DNA of 26,831 nucleotides from an uncultured bacterium (GCA_964577735.1 CAZOAX010000001.1:348-27178), one strand, 5' to 3'; counted from the stretch's first letter, positions 1 to 7,762 are shown. Made by a program: numbers and translations. The notes: a model not told the origin generated them from the letters alone.

Positions 1-45
1 ATTATTGCGTTTTTAGTTATTTTAAATCAATTTATTTATTCGTTT

Positions 46-77
46 AAAATCCCTGCCCCGTGAGTGCGGAACAGAGA
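46..77 (-). terminator. Putative intrinsic terminator behind the displaced lysS 3'-end copy
   Basis: Minus strand reads TCTCTGTTCCG-CACTCA-CGGGGCAGGGA-TTTT: an 11-bp stem with three G-U pairs and a short U-tract, starting 5 nt after the TAA at 85..83. Confidence 0.55.
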
Positions 78-82
78 GAGAA

Positions 83-142
83 TTATCTGTCTGGTTTCAT
101 CCAGGGGAAGTAGAGGACGTCGCGGGAGGACGTCGCGGATGG
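83..142 (-). pseudogene. Displaced and frameshifted duplicate of the lysS 3' end (att-like direct repeat)
   Basis: 93..125 matches 469..501 at 32/33 nt. A 13-bp tandem duplication follows (gaggacgtcgcgg at 113..125 and 126..138), then atgg matches 502..505. Without the duplication it encodes IRDVLYFPWMKPDR*, versus IRDVLYFPWMKPEKESDDK* in lysS. Confidence 0.85.
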
Positions 143-150
143 TTATTAAA

Positions 151-387
151 TTAAAAAAAGTATTCGAAGTGAAGTGAGAGCAAAGGTGTGTTGTCGATTG
201 GCTTTTGCTTCACAGATTTGTGTTCAAAATAACGATATTCTGATTGGAGTGGCCAAGGGCTTTGCGCCTCTTGAATTGCATAGGTTCTAAGAATATTCAT
301 GCGGACACGAGTTTTCATCCGATCCGTATTTTGAGATTCTTTTAGAGAAAAATTCACCGATGGGTTTGAATTATTGTTAACAGACAT
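151..387 (-). CDS. Small orphan ORF (78 aa) or gene remnant lying between the two lysS 3' ends
   Basis: ATG at 387 is preceded by AAGGAA. The N-terminus MSVNNNSNPSVNFS is Ser/Asn/Pro-rich. No recognisable domain. The ORF track starts it at 420. Confidence 0.35.
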   Translation of the reverse strand: MSVNNNSNPSVNFSLKESQNTDRMKTRVRMNILRTYAIQEAQSPWPLQSEYRYFEHKSVKQKPIDNTPLLSLHFEYFF

Positions 388-443
388 AGGTTCCTTAATG
401 GTTGTGCTGAGCCTGACCATTCGCTGATGGCCAGGCGGTAGTG

Positions 444-2030
444 TTATTTATCGTCAGATTCTTTTTCGGGTTTCATCCAAGGGAAGTAGAGGACGTCGCG
501 GATGGAGGCGGCCTCTGTGAAGATCATGGTGAGGCGGTCGATGCCGATGCCGACGCCGCCGGTTGGAGGCATGCCTTGGCAGATGGCTTCGATGAACTCT
601 TCATCAAGTGGAGAGGCTTCTTCATCACCGCTTTCTTTACGCTCAGCTTGGAATTCAAGGAGCTTGCGTTGAAGTTCAGGGTCATTGAGCTCTGAGTAGG
701 CATTGCACATCTCTTGGGAAAGGATGAAGCTTTCAAATCGTTCGACGATCCCTTCTGCGCGCTCTTTTGGATCGCGATGGAGCTTGCAAAGAGGAGTGGT
801 TTCGATGGGGTGGTTGATGATGTGGTGCGGCTGAATGAGGTGAGGTTCTGCCTTGATCTCAAAGAGGGCTGCGATCAGTAACCCGCGTGAAAGCGTCGGA
901 ACTTTTTTTGGATCGATGTGGCCGCTATCGAGCAAGAGTTTTTTGATCTCTTCATCCGATAGGGTGTCAACATCGATTTTAGCGTAAGTGGAGATCGCTT
1001 CTTTCATCGTCATGCGCTTCCAGGGGGCTTTGACGTTGATTAGAACGGATTCCCCACGCTCAGATGAGTAAACGGGGATTTCTGTTTTGCCGTAGATTTT
1101 TAGTGCAAGGGATTCAAACAAGTTTTCCACAAGACGCATCATGTCTTGATAGTCCCAGTAGGCGGCATAGGCTTCCATCATGGTAAATTCAGGATTGTGG
1201 GTCCTATCGATCCCTTCATTGCGGAATACCTTGCCGAGTTCAAATACACGGTGCATGCCGCCGATGATCAGCTTCTTTAGAGGGATTTCAAGAGAGATGC
1301 GGAGGAACATTTCCTGATCGAGGGCATTGAGTTTTGTCTCAAAAGGGCGAGCTTCAGCACCGCCGTAGATCGATTGGAGTACGGGTGTTTCTACTTCCAT
1401 GAACTCTAGATTGTGCATGTAGTCGCGTACGAATTTAACGATCTCACTGCGGATCTTAAAGGTTTTTCTGACATCGTCGTTTGTGATCAGATCAAGCCAG
1501 CGTTTGCGATAGCGCAGTTCCTTGTCGGCAAGTCCTGCATGTTTTTCAGCTAAGGGGAGAAGGGTTTTTGTCAAAAGGGTGACTTCCTTTACAAAAAGGG
1601 TCAATTCTCCTTTCTGAGTACGGAAGAGATTGCCTTTGACGCCTATGATATCGCCGATGTCGAGTTTCTTTTCGATGAACTTGTAGGAAGTCAATTCTTC
1701 ATTTTCAAGTCCAATGACTTTTGAAATGTCGCGGTTGAACATCACTTGAAGGCGACCGGACTGGTCTTGAATATGTCCAAAGGCATTTTTCCCCATAGAT
1801 CTAAAAAGAACAAGTCTTCCGGCAGCAACAACTTCTTCTGTCGTGCCGCTAGCTGCATCTTCGCTTGAGCCGACCGGGAGGTCTTGGTATTTGGTTTCTA
1901 ACGTAAGAGAATCTGTATTGGGTTTAGAGTATGCAGGAAATGGGTCGATCGGAAGGGCCCGTATTTCTGCAAGTTTAGTTGATCGGTTGATAAATTCATC
2001 ATGTGCGTGGTAATCAGGCTTTTTAATCAT
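444..2030 (-). CDS. lysS: Lysine--tRNA ligase, class II
   Basis: N-terminal OB-fold anticodon domain (GRL..FRSMGKNAFGHIQD), RYRKRWLDL, motif 2 FRNEGIDRTHNPEFTMME, motif 3 GVGIGIDRL. Confidence 0.98.
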   Translation of the reverse strand: MIKKPDYHAHDEFINRSTKLAEIRALPIDPFPAYSKPNTDSLTLETKYQDLPVGSSEDAASGTTEEVVAAGRLVLFRSMGKNAFGHIQDQSGRLQVMFNRDISKVIGLENEELTSYKFIEKKLDIGDIIGVKGNLFRTQKGELTLFVKEVTLLTKTLLPLAEKHAGLADKELRYRKRWLDLITNDDVRKTFKIRSEIVKFVRDYMHNLEFMEVETPVLQSIYGGAEARPFETKLNALDQEMFLRISLEIPLKKLIIGGMHRVFELGKVFRNEGIDRTHNPEFTMMEAYAAYWDYQDMMRLVENLFESLALKIYGKTEIPVYSSERGESVLINVKAPWKRMTMKEAISTYAKIDVDTLSDEEIKKLLLDSGHIDPKKVPTLSRGLLIAALFEIKAEPHLIQPHHIINHPIETTPLCKLHRDPKERAEGIVERFESFILSQEMCNAYSELNDPELQRKLLEFQAERKESGDEEASPLDEEFIEAICQGMPPTGGVGIGIDRLTMIFTEAASIRDVLYFPWMKPEKESDDK

Positions 2031-2045
2031 ATTCTTTCTTGAAAA

Positions 2046-2213
2046 TTATTGTTTAGGCGCTTCTTGCGAAGCAGGAGGGGTTTTGTAGCTTCTGACAAAG
2101 TCAAGCCGCATATAGCAATAGAGAGTAGATGCAATCAGAACAAGGGCGTAAATAGCCCAGTTGAGCAGGAACCATTTGGTTTCCCTGCTCGAACGGTAAA
2201 ATTTGGAAATCAT
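2046..2213 (-). CDS. Small single-pass membrane protein (55 aa; 58 aa if started at 2222), missed by the ORF track
   Basis: Hand translation: MISKFYRSSRETKWFLLNWAIYALVLIASTLYCYMRLDFVRSYKTPPASQEAPKQ*. Basic N-terminus plus a ~21-aa hydrophobic segment. It fills the rimO-lysS gap co-directionally and ends 15 nt before the lysS ATG. Confidence 0.7.
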   Translation of the reverse strand: MISKFYRSSRETKWFLLNWAIYALVLIASTLYCYMRLDFVRSYKTPPASQEAPKQ

Positions 2214-2239
2214 GTTAATCATAATTTACGCACTATAAC

Positions 2240-3658
2240 TTATAGCACGCGTCCGATCAAGTCGTAATCTGCAACATCTGTGATTTCTACTTTAAAGATC
2301 TGTCCAAATCCGGTGACATTTCTGCAATCGTTGATGATCACCTGTCCATCGATATCCGGGCATTGTCCCATATGGCGACCGACCATCAACATTTTCGTTT
2401 CCGGGTGATAGCCTTCCACAACGACATCCAATGTTTTGCCGACCATCTTTTTGTTCAGTTTCTTCACTTGGGCTTTTTGTGCTTTCATCAGCTTGTTCCA
2501 GCGTTGCTCCTTTACCTCTTCTGGAATTTGATCAGGAAGGTCATAGGCTGCTGAATCTGGCTCGCGTGAGAATTTAAAGATCCCGACGTTATCAAGCGGA
2601 TATTGCTTAACAAAAGCGTGAAGTTCTTCAAATTGCTCTTCTGTTTCACCCGGGAAGCCAACGATCAAGCTTGTTCGAATGGAGATTTCAGGAATTTCTC
2701 TTCTTAGAGATTCGATTGTTTTTACAATGTCTTCTTTAGATGTAGCACGGCGCATCGATTTTAAGATGGTATTGTTCACATGCTGGATCGGCATGTCTAA
2801 ATAAGGGCAAATTCTTGCATCGCTCTTCATGAGGGCGATCAATTCATCTGTGATCTCATCTGGATAAAGATAAAGCAGGCGGAGCCAGAACGGCTTATCA
2901 ATCGCAAGGATCGACTTCAATAGTTCAAGCAAACCTTCCAGTTTCTTCTTGCCTTGGTCTTTGCCGTAATCACCTAAGTCTTGTGCGATCAGAACGACTT
3001 CTTTAACGCCTTGATTAAGAAGAATATTAAATTCTTTTAAGATCTGCTCTTGGTTTTTGCTCTTTAGCGGGCCTTTGATTGTCGGGATAATGCAATAAGC
3101 GCAGCGCTTACGGCACCCTTCTGCAATCTTTAAATAAGCAAAGTGTTTTGGCGTCGATAGTTTTCTTGGCGCTTCACCAGCTTCAAGATAGCTCTTGGCA
3201 CTTGTGATCCTTTGGCCGTCTTGCGTAGATTGAACGGCGTGCAAAATACCCTCGACATCTCCTGAACCAAGGAGATAATTAATGCCGGGAAAACGTTCTT
3301 TTAGCGGAGAGCTATGTGTTTGCACCATGCAACCGGTTACAATGAGCTTGGCTGTCTTTTTACGCGTTTTTAAGCACTCATCCACGACGTCCATGGACTC
3401 ATTGCGGGAAGCTTCCAAAAATCCGCAGGTATTGACCACGATAAAATCTGCTTCTTCAAGCAGTTCTTCATGTTGGTAGCCTGCGCGTAGTAGAATTCCG
3501 AGCATTACCTCGCTGTCCACTAAGTTTCTTGGGCAGCCCAAGCTGATAAAATGGATTTTATTCCCTTCAAAGATGAAAGGGTGGTCTTGAGTCTTTAAAG
3601 GCTCTTCAATTACTTCAATTGAAGGTCCACATTTATTCTTTCCGGCAATAGGTAACAC
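2240..3658 (-). CDS. rimO: Ribosomal protein uS12 methylthiotransferase RimO
   Basis: UPF0004 domain (SLGCPRNLVDSE, NTCGF), radical SAM CxxxCxxC (CRKRCAYC), C-terminal TRAM-like region with PDIDG typical of RimO rather than MiaB. GTG start preceded by GGAG. Confidence 0.93.
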   Translation of the reverse strand: MLPIAGKNKCGPSIEVIEEPLKTQDHPFIFEGNKIHFISLGCPRNLVDSEVMLGILLRAGYQHEELLEEADFIVVNTCGFLEASRNESMDVVDECLKTRKKTAKLIVTGCMVQTHSSPLKERFPGINYLLGSGDVEGILHAVQSTQDGQRITSAKSYLEAGEAPRKLSTPKHFAYLKIAEGCRKRCAYCIIPTIKGPLKSKNQEQILKEFNILLNQGVKEVVLIAQDLGDYGKDQGKKKLEGLLELLKSILAIDKPFWLRLLYLYPDEITDELIALMKSDARICPYLDMPIQHVNNTILKSMRRATSKEDIVKTIESLRREIPEISIRTSLIVGFPGETEEQFEELHAFVKQYPLDNVGIFKFSREPDSAAYDLPDQIPEEVKEQRWNKLMKAQKAQVKKLNKKMVGKTLDVVVEGYHPETKMLMVGRHMGQCPDIDGQVIINDCRNVTGFGQIFKVEITDVADYDLIGRVL

Positions 3659-3780
3659 TATAAACTCTCCTGATTTTCCAAAAAGATTATCACAAAATCA
3701 GATATGGGGAAATCTTTTTTTCATTAATTTAAAGTTTGTGTAGATGTAGTATTAATTTTTCTTAATTTAACTGGTTTTAG

Positions 3781-3808
3781 TTGTTTAATTGTTGTTAAAT
3801 GATATAAT
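3781..3808 (+). promoter_or_regulatory. Sigma66/70-type promoter with extended -10 for the paralog array
   Basis: TTGTTT-N16-TATAAT with TG at the extended position (TGaTATAAT, 3800..3808), in an AT-rich divergent intergenic region. Confidence 0.55.
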
Positions 3809-3841
3809 TAAGGTAAAATTATTTTTAATAAGGCGGATAAT

Positions 3842-5509
3842 ATGAGTAAAGTTAATGGCAATCAACCAGTTCAACTTAATAGTATCGATCAAATATTTAA
3901 CGGCAGAAGTGGTGGAGATACAGCGATCAATACGGGACTGATCAATGGTTATGGAAAAGACAATGATGTGACCTACCTTATTTCCCATTTGAAAAAAGAT
4001 GACACCATTACGGTTGATCGCGACGTGGATGGACATTTGAGCTGGAAGATTGGAACGACAGATGTAAAAATAGGATCTTCCTGGTGGACTCGTGTCAAAC
4101 ACTCCGTGAAGAAGTTTTTCTCAGCCAAATACAAGGATGCGTCAGACATCAAAGTGATGCAAAATGCCGATAAGATCAGAAGGGCTTACGCTGTTTGCTT
4201 GCAGCAGGAAGAAGCTAAAGCAGATGTTGATAATAATTACTTAGCAAATCTGAAAGATCTACGACAAGCAGCGGATGATGTCATCGCTCAAAATGAAAAG
4301 GATGCAAATGACCTAATCCTTCAAAAACAAGAAGAAATTAGAGTTGCCAAGGAAGCCAAAGATCAAAAAATTTCCGATTTGACCAGCCAAATTAACACCG
4401 GCGAAGGTGAACTTGCGGAGTTAAGGGAAAATCGAACAAATGCAAATGACAAGATTCAAGAGCAAAATGACAAGCTCACAGAGTTAAATACTTCTAAAGA
4501 TGCATTGCTAACCAAAGAAGCATATGAATCTCTTCTTGGAACCATCAAAACAGTCAGAGACACATTCAAAGAGATTAATCTTTATGCCAACGATGAAGAA
4601 AAACAAATCATTAGGACAAGCGAAGGTATTCTAGGTGTTAAATTAGTCAATAATATTGATGCATGGCCGCCTGTATTAAATGAAACGGTTGTAAAGCAAA
4701 AAGAAAATGAAATTAATCAAGCTCTCGAATCTCTCAATGGATATGTTACTGATATTGAGGAAAGAAATAAAATGATTATTAAGTATCAGGAGATTGTGCA
4801 AGCTCTTGAAACGCAAATTTCAGAAAAAGAAACAGCAATCAATACATTAAGAACTGATTTGCAAGCAGAACAGGCTGTAGAGGAAGAAGAAGTTTCAGAA
4901 GAGACTACAGTTGAAGAGCCTATTCCAAAAGTGATTGACGCAGAACCTGAGGTATCTGCAGAAGATCAAGCGATTGCAAATACGATGCAGAATCAAAGGC
5001 TAGATCGTGACGAGGCCATTTTCTACAACGGGCTCAATGCCAATGAAAAAGAGCTTTATGACAATCTGCGTAAACCGGCAGATAGGGCCACAGATTGCAC
5101 TCCGTTTGCCGATTTCTTTGTTTCAGTATTGAAAGGCAGAGGTGTGAAGAGGACTGCAAATGGCGCTACTTCAACAATTACATTGAGCAATCCTGGTGTT
5201 GTGTCTATGAGACTTGGAGGAGATCCTTCAACTATTACACTGCCAGCAAAGTTCACCATGACTTATGCAGTAGACAAGCAAACCTGGACCCTTAACGGTA
5301 AAGGTTTAAGAATTGAATTGTACGGGCATGATGTCAATCTGGATGAAACCAGATTTGAGATTCGGGCGAATGATCTGAACATCAAGGCCGAAAGTTCAAA
5401 ACAGTCATTTTTCGTCCGGATGGGGATTGCGACAGCTTACAAAAACATCCCTGTTGCCTACGACGTCGTCAAGCAGGATGCATTTCATTCTGATAATCAA
5501 GTGGTTTAG
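3842..5509 (+). CDS. Orphan coiled-coil protein, paralog 1 (555 aa), putative secreted effector with extra C-terminal domain
   Basis: Shares the head domain (VQLNSIDQIF...NDVTYL.SH...ITVDRDVDGHL.WKIG...GSSWW.RVK) with 5582 and 6717. Then a long heptad region, an acidic linker (EEEEVSEETTVEEP) and a ~170-aa beta-rich C-terminus. No signal peptide or transmembrane segment. Confidence 0.85.
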   Translation: MSKVNGNQPVQLNSIDQIFNGRSGGDTAINTGLINGYGKDNDVTYLISHLKKDDTITVDRDVDGHLSWKIGTTDVKIGSSWWTRVKHSVKKFFSAKYKDASDIKVMQNADKIRRAYAVCLQQEEAKADVDNNYLANLKDLRQAADDVIAQNEKDANDLILQKQEEIRVAKEAKDQKISDLTSQINTGEGELAELRENRTNANDKIQEQNDKLTELNTSKDALLTKEAYESLLGTIKTVRDTFKEINLYANDEEKQIIRTSEGILGVKLVNNIDAWPPVLNETVVKQKENEINQALESLNGYVTDIEERNKMIIKYQEIVQALETQISEKETAINTLRTDLQAEQAVEEEEVSEETTVEEPIPKVIDAEPEVSAEDQAIANTMQNQRLDRDEAIFYNGLNANEKELYDNLRKPADRATDCTPFADFFVSVLKGRGVKRTANGATSTITLSNPGVVSMRLGGDPSTITLPAKFTMTYAVDKQTWTLNGKGLRIELYGHDVNLDETRFEIRANDLNIKAESSKQSFFVRMGIATAYKNIPVAYDVVKQDAFHSDNQVV

Positions 5510-5516
5510 AGATTTT

Positions 5517-5546
5517 AGCCAAAATTGCGATTCAGCAGTTTTGGCT
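5517..5546 (+). other. Stem-loop between paralogs 1 and 2
   Basis: AGCCAAAATTGC-GATTCA-GCAGTTTTGGCT: 12-bp stem with one G-U pair and no real U-tract. A TATAAT follows at 5550..5555. Confidence 0.45.
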
Positions 5547-5581
5547 TCCTATAATTAATAGATAAAAAAAGGTGGTAATAT

Positions 5582-6577
5582 ATGAGTATGGTTTCAGGAA
5601 GTGGAGATCATCTAGTTCAACTAAATAGCATTGATCTGATCTTCGCAGGAAAAAAAGGCGGCGACAGTGTTGAGATCAATCAAGGGATTATGAAGGCTTA
5701 TGGAGATGACAATGATGTGACTTACCTTGTCAGTCATGTCAAATTGCCAAAGGGAGATAAAGAGCCTAAGGCTATCACGGTCGATCGCGATGTGGATGGG
5801 CACCTGACATGGAAAATTGGCGATAAAGAAGTTCATCTCGGATCTTCCTGGTGGGTACGGGTCAAGCATGCTATCATGTCGTTCTTCTCAAAGGACTATA
5901 GAATTAAGCATGAGATTGATGTGACAAGGAAAATTGATAGGATCCGAAATGCTTACGCTGAATGCTTGGACAAAGAATACCAAGCAGAGGAAGCTGCAGC
6001 AGAGGCACTTAGACAGCAGCAAGCAGATATAGACGATGCAGCGCTACTTGCTCAACAGCAGCAAGAAGCTGAGGATGCGGCGTTGTTACTGCAGCAACAG
6101 GAAGCAGCTAAGCAGGAAAGAATTGAGGATCTGAAAACAAATATCAGTACTCAAGAGGCAAGCTTGGAGGGCCTAAAAGCGGATCTAGGTATTTTAAATA
6201 CTACAGTGTCTGACTATGAAACTAAATTAGGGGAGATTGTAGATCGTCAAATAGAGCTTGCCACTAAGAAAAATAAAACACTAACGATGATTGACGATTA
6301 TAATTCATGGATCGTTTCAGAGATCAGTAAGAGGGCTTTGCAGGAATTGTATCCAGCATTGAATGGCTTGTCAACTGAGGAAGTGTTAACTGGGTTAAAT
6401 GCGGCCGCCAAGGATATAGATGATGAATCTAATCTGTTAGATCAAGAGTCTGCAACACGTAATACCATGATTGCAGAGATCAGAGATAATCAAATTCCGG
6501 CTAAAAATACAGAAATTACAAATAAGCAGAATGAGATTGCTCAACTTAAAACAGATCTTCTAGCAGAAGAAAGCTAA
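5582..6577 (+). CDS. Orphan coiled-coil protein, paralog 2 (331 aa)
   Basis: Conserved head domain, Gln/Ala linker, heptad-rich body and C-terminus IPAKNTEITNKQNEIAQLK shared with paralog 3. AGGTGG RBS. Confidence 0.88.
   Translation: MSMVSGSGDHLVQLNSIDLIFAGKKGGDSVEINQGIMKAYGDDNDVTYLVSHVKLPKGDKEPKAITVDRDVDGHLTWKIGDKEVHLGSSWWVRVKHAIMSFFSKDYRIKHEIDVTRKIDRIRNAYAECLDKEYQAEEAAAEALRQQQADIDDAALLAQQQQEAEDAALLLQQQEAAKQERIEDLKTNISTQEASLEGLKADLGILNTTVSDYETKLGEIVDRQIELATKKNKTLTMIDDYNSWIVSEISKRALQELYPALNGLSTEEVLTGLNAAAKDIDDESNLLDQESATRNTMIAEIRDNQIPAKNTEITNKQNEIAQLKTDLLAEES
6035..6109 (+). repeat. Two imperfect 39-nt coding repeats (DAALL(A/L)QQQ(Q)EA); equivalent repeat in paralog 3 from 7167
   Basis: Units start at 6035 and 6074. 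In paralog 3 they start at 7167 and 7206. Confidence 0.7.
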
Positions 6578-6588
6578 ACTCTGTTCTT

Positions 6589-6620
6589 TGCCCGACCAGT
6601 TCATGGCCGGGCATTTTTTT
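6589..6620 (+). terminator. Intrinsic terminator after paralog 2
   Basis: TGCCCGACCA-GTTCA-TGGCCGGGCA (one mismatch) followed by T7. Confidence 0.85.
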
Positions 6621-6716
6621 ATGCCAAATTCATTAAGATATTGTTAACAACTATTTTATTTTATTTATATTTAGTTTACAATTTTACAAAAACTTTTATA
6701 AAAAATAGGTGATAAT

Positions 6717-7757
6717 ATGAGTAAGATCTCAAATGGTGGAGCACCGGTTCAACTTAATAGTATTGATCAGATCTTCGTAGGTAAGAACGGCGGCGATAGC
6801 ATTGATATCAATCAGGGCTTTCTAAAGGTTTATGGGGATGACAATGATGTAACTTACCTCGTCAGCCATGTCAAATTGCCAAAGGGAGATAAAGAGCCTA
6901 AGGCTATCACGGTCGATCGCGATGTAGATGGGCATCTGACATGGAAAATTGGTGATAAAGAAGTTCATCTCGGGTCTTCTTGGTGGGTACGGGTCAAGCT
7001 TGCCATTATGTCGTTCTTTTCAAAGGACTATAGAATTAAGCATGAAATTGACGTAACAAGGAAAATTGATAGAATCCGCAATGCCTACGCTGAATGCTTG
7101 GACAAAGAATCCGTAGAAGAAGAAGCTACAACAGATCCTCTTGGACAAGAGCAAGCAGATACGGATGCTGCAGCACTATTAGCTCAGCAACAGCAAGAAG
7201 CTGCGGATGCGGCGTTATTGCTCCAGCAGCAGTTAGAAGAAGCTGCAGCAGCTAAGCTTGAAATAATTGAAAATTTGAACACGAAAATCACAGAAAAAGA
7301 ATCAGAGCTTAACGGTTTGCATGGCGACTTAGATACTCTAAACCAAAACCTGGCAACGGTTAATGAAAAGCTAGATGATAATGGTCGTTTTGTCGTAGAG
7401 CTTAATACGAATAAAAATAAAGCTAAACAGATCGTCAATATCTTAGCTCCAGTTTTTGTGTTAAATACAGATTCTATGTTTATTTCAAAGTTTGATGGAA
7501 ACGCCTTAGCTCTTTTTGACCTTGTTCCTGCTGTGCATAATGCCGATCTGTCAAAAGAAGACAAATTGACTGCATTAAATGTTTATATCAAACAACAAGA
7601 AGAAGAAGTTGAGTTGTTGACTAATGATAAGGAAAATCTTAGCAATGCAATTGAGCAATTGACCAATGTTGACATTCCAGCTAAAAATACAGAAATTACA
7701 AATAAGCAGAATGAGATTGCTCAGCTTAAGGCTGATCTTCAAACAGAAGAAGGCTAA
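6717..7757 (+). CDS. Orphan coiled-coil protein, paralog 3 (346 aa)
   Basis: 92/93 aa identical to paralog 2 over YGDDND...CLDKE, with the same C-terminal motif and a divergent middle. AGGTG RBS. Confidence 0.88.
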   Translation: MSKISNGGAPVQLNSIDQIFVGKNGGDSIDINQGFLKVYGDDNDVTYLVSHVKLPKGDKEPKAITVDRDVDGHLTWKIGDKEVHLGSSWWVRVKLAIMSFFSKDYRIKHEIDVTRKIDRIRNAYAECLDKESVEEEATTDPLGQEQADTDAAALLAQQQQEAADAALLLQQQLEEAAAAKLEIIENLNTKITEKESELNGLHGDLDTLNQNLATVNEKLDDNGRFVVELNTNKNKAKQIVNILAPVFVLNTDSMFISKFDGNALALFDLVPAVHNADLSKEDKLTALNVYIKQQEEEVELLTNDKENLSNAIEQLTNVDIPAKNTEITNKQNEIAQLKADLQTEEG

Positions 7758-7762
7758 TACTT

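Noticed and set aside
441-862. ORFs 441..695 (+) and 524..862 (-)
   Set aside because: Antisense or alternate-frame shadows of lysS. The C-rich codon bias suppresses stops in other frames.
444-900. GC-richer gene ends as simple horizontally transferred high-GC patches
   Set aside because: Not favoured, though not excluded. The shift is gradual, C-specific with G depleted, Lys/Glu/Gln codons stay mostly A-ending, and it recurs in three unrelated terminal genes.
2049-2267. 72-aa plus-strand ORF, and the hairpins in the rimO-lysS gap read as a regulatory RNA leader
   Set aside because: The gap is better explained by the 55-aa minus-strand membrane ORF. No T-box or lysine-riboswitch motifs were recognised.
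3842-7757. Paralogs as Inc proteins, T3SS translocators or targets of a diversity-generating retroelement
   Set aside because: No 40-60 aa bilobed hydrophobic segment or transmembrane helix. No reverse transcriptase in the window. Differences between copies are not adenine-restricted and are mostly synonymous in the near-identical parts.
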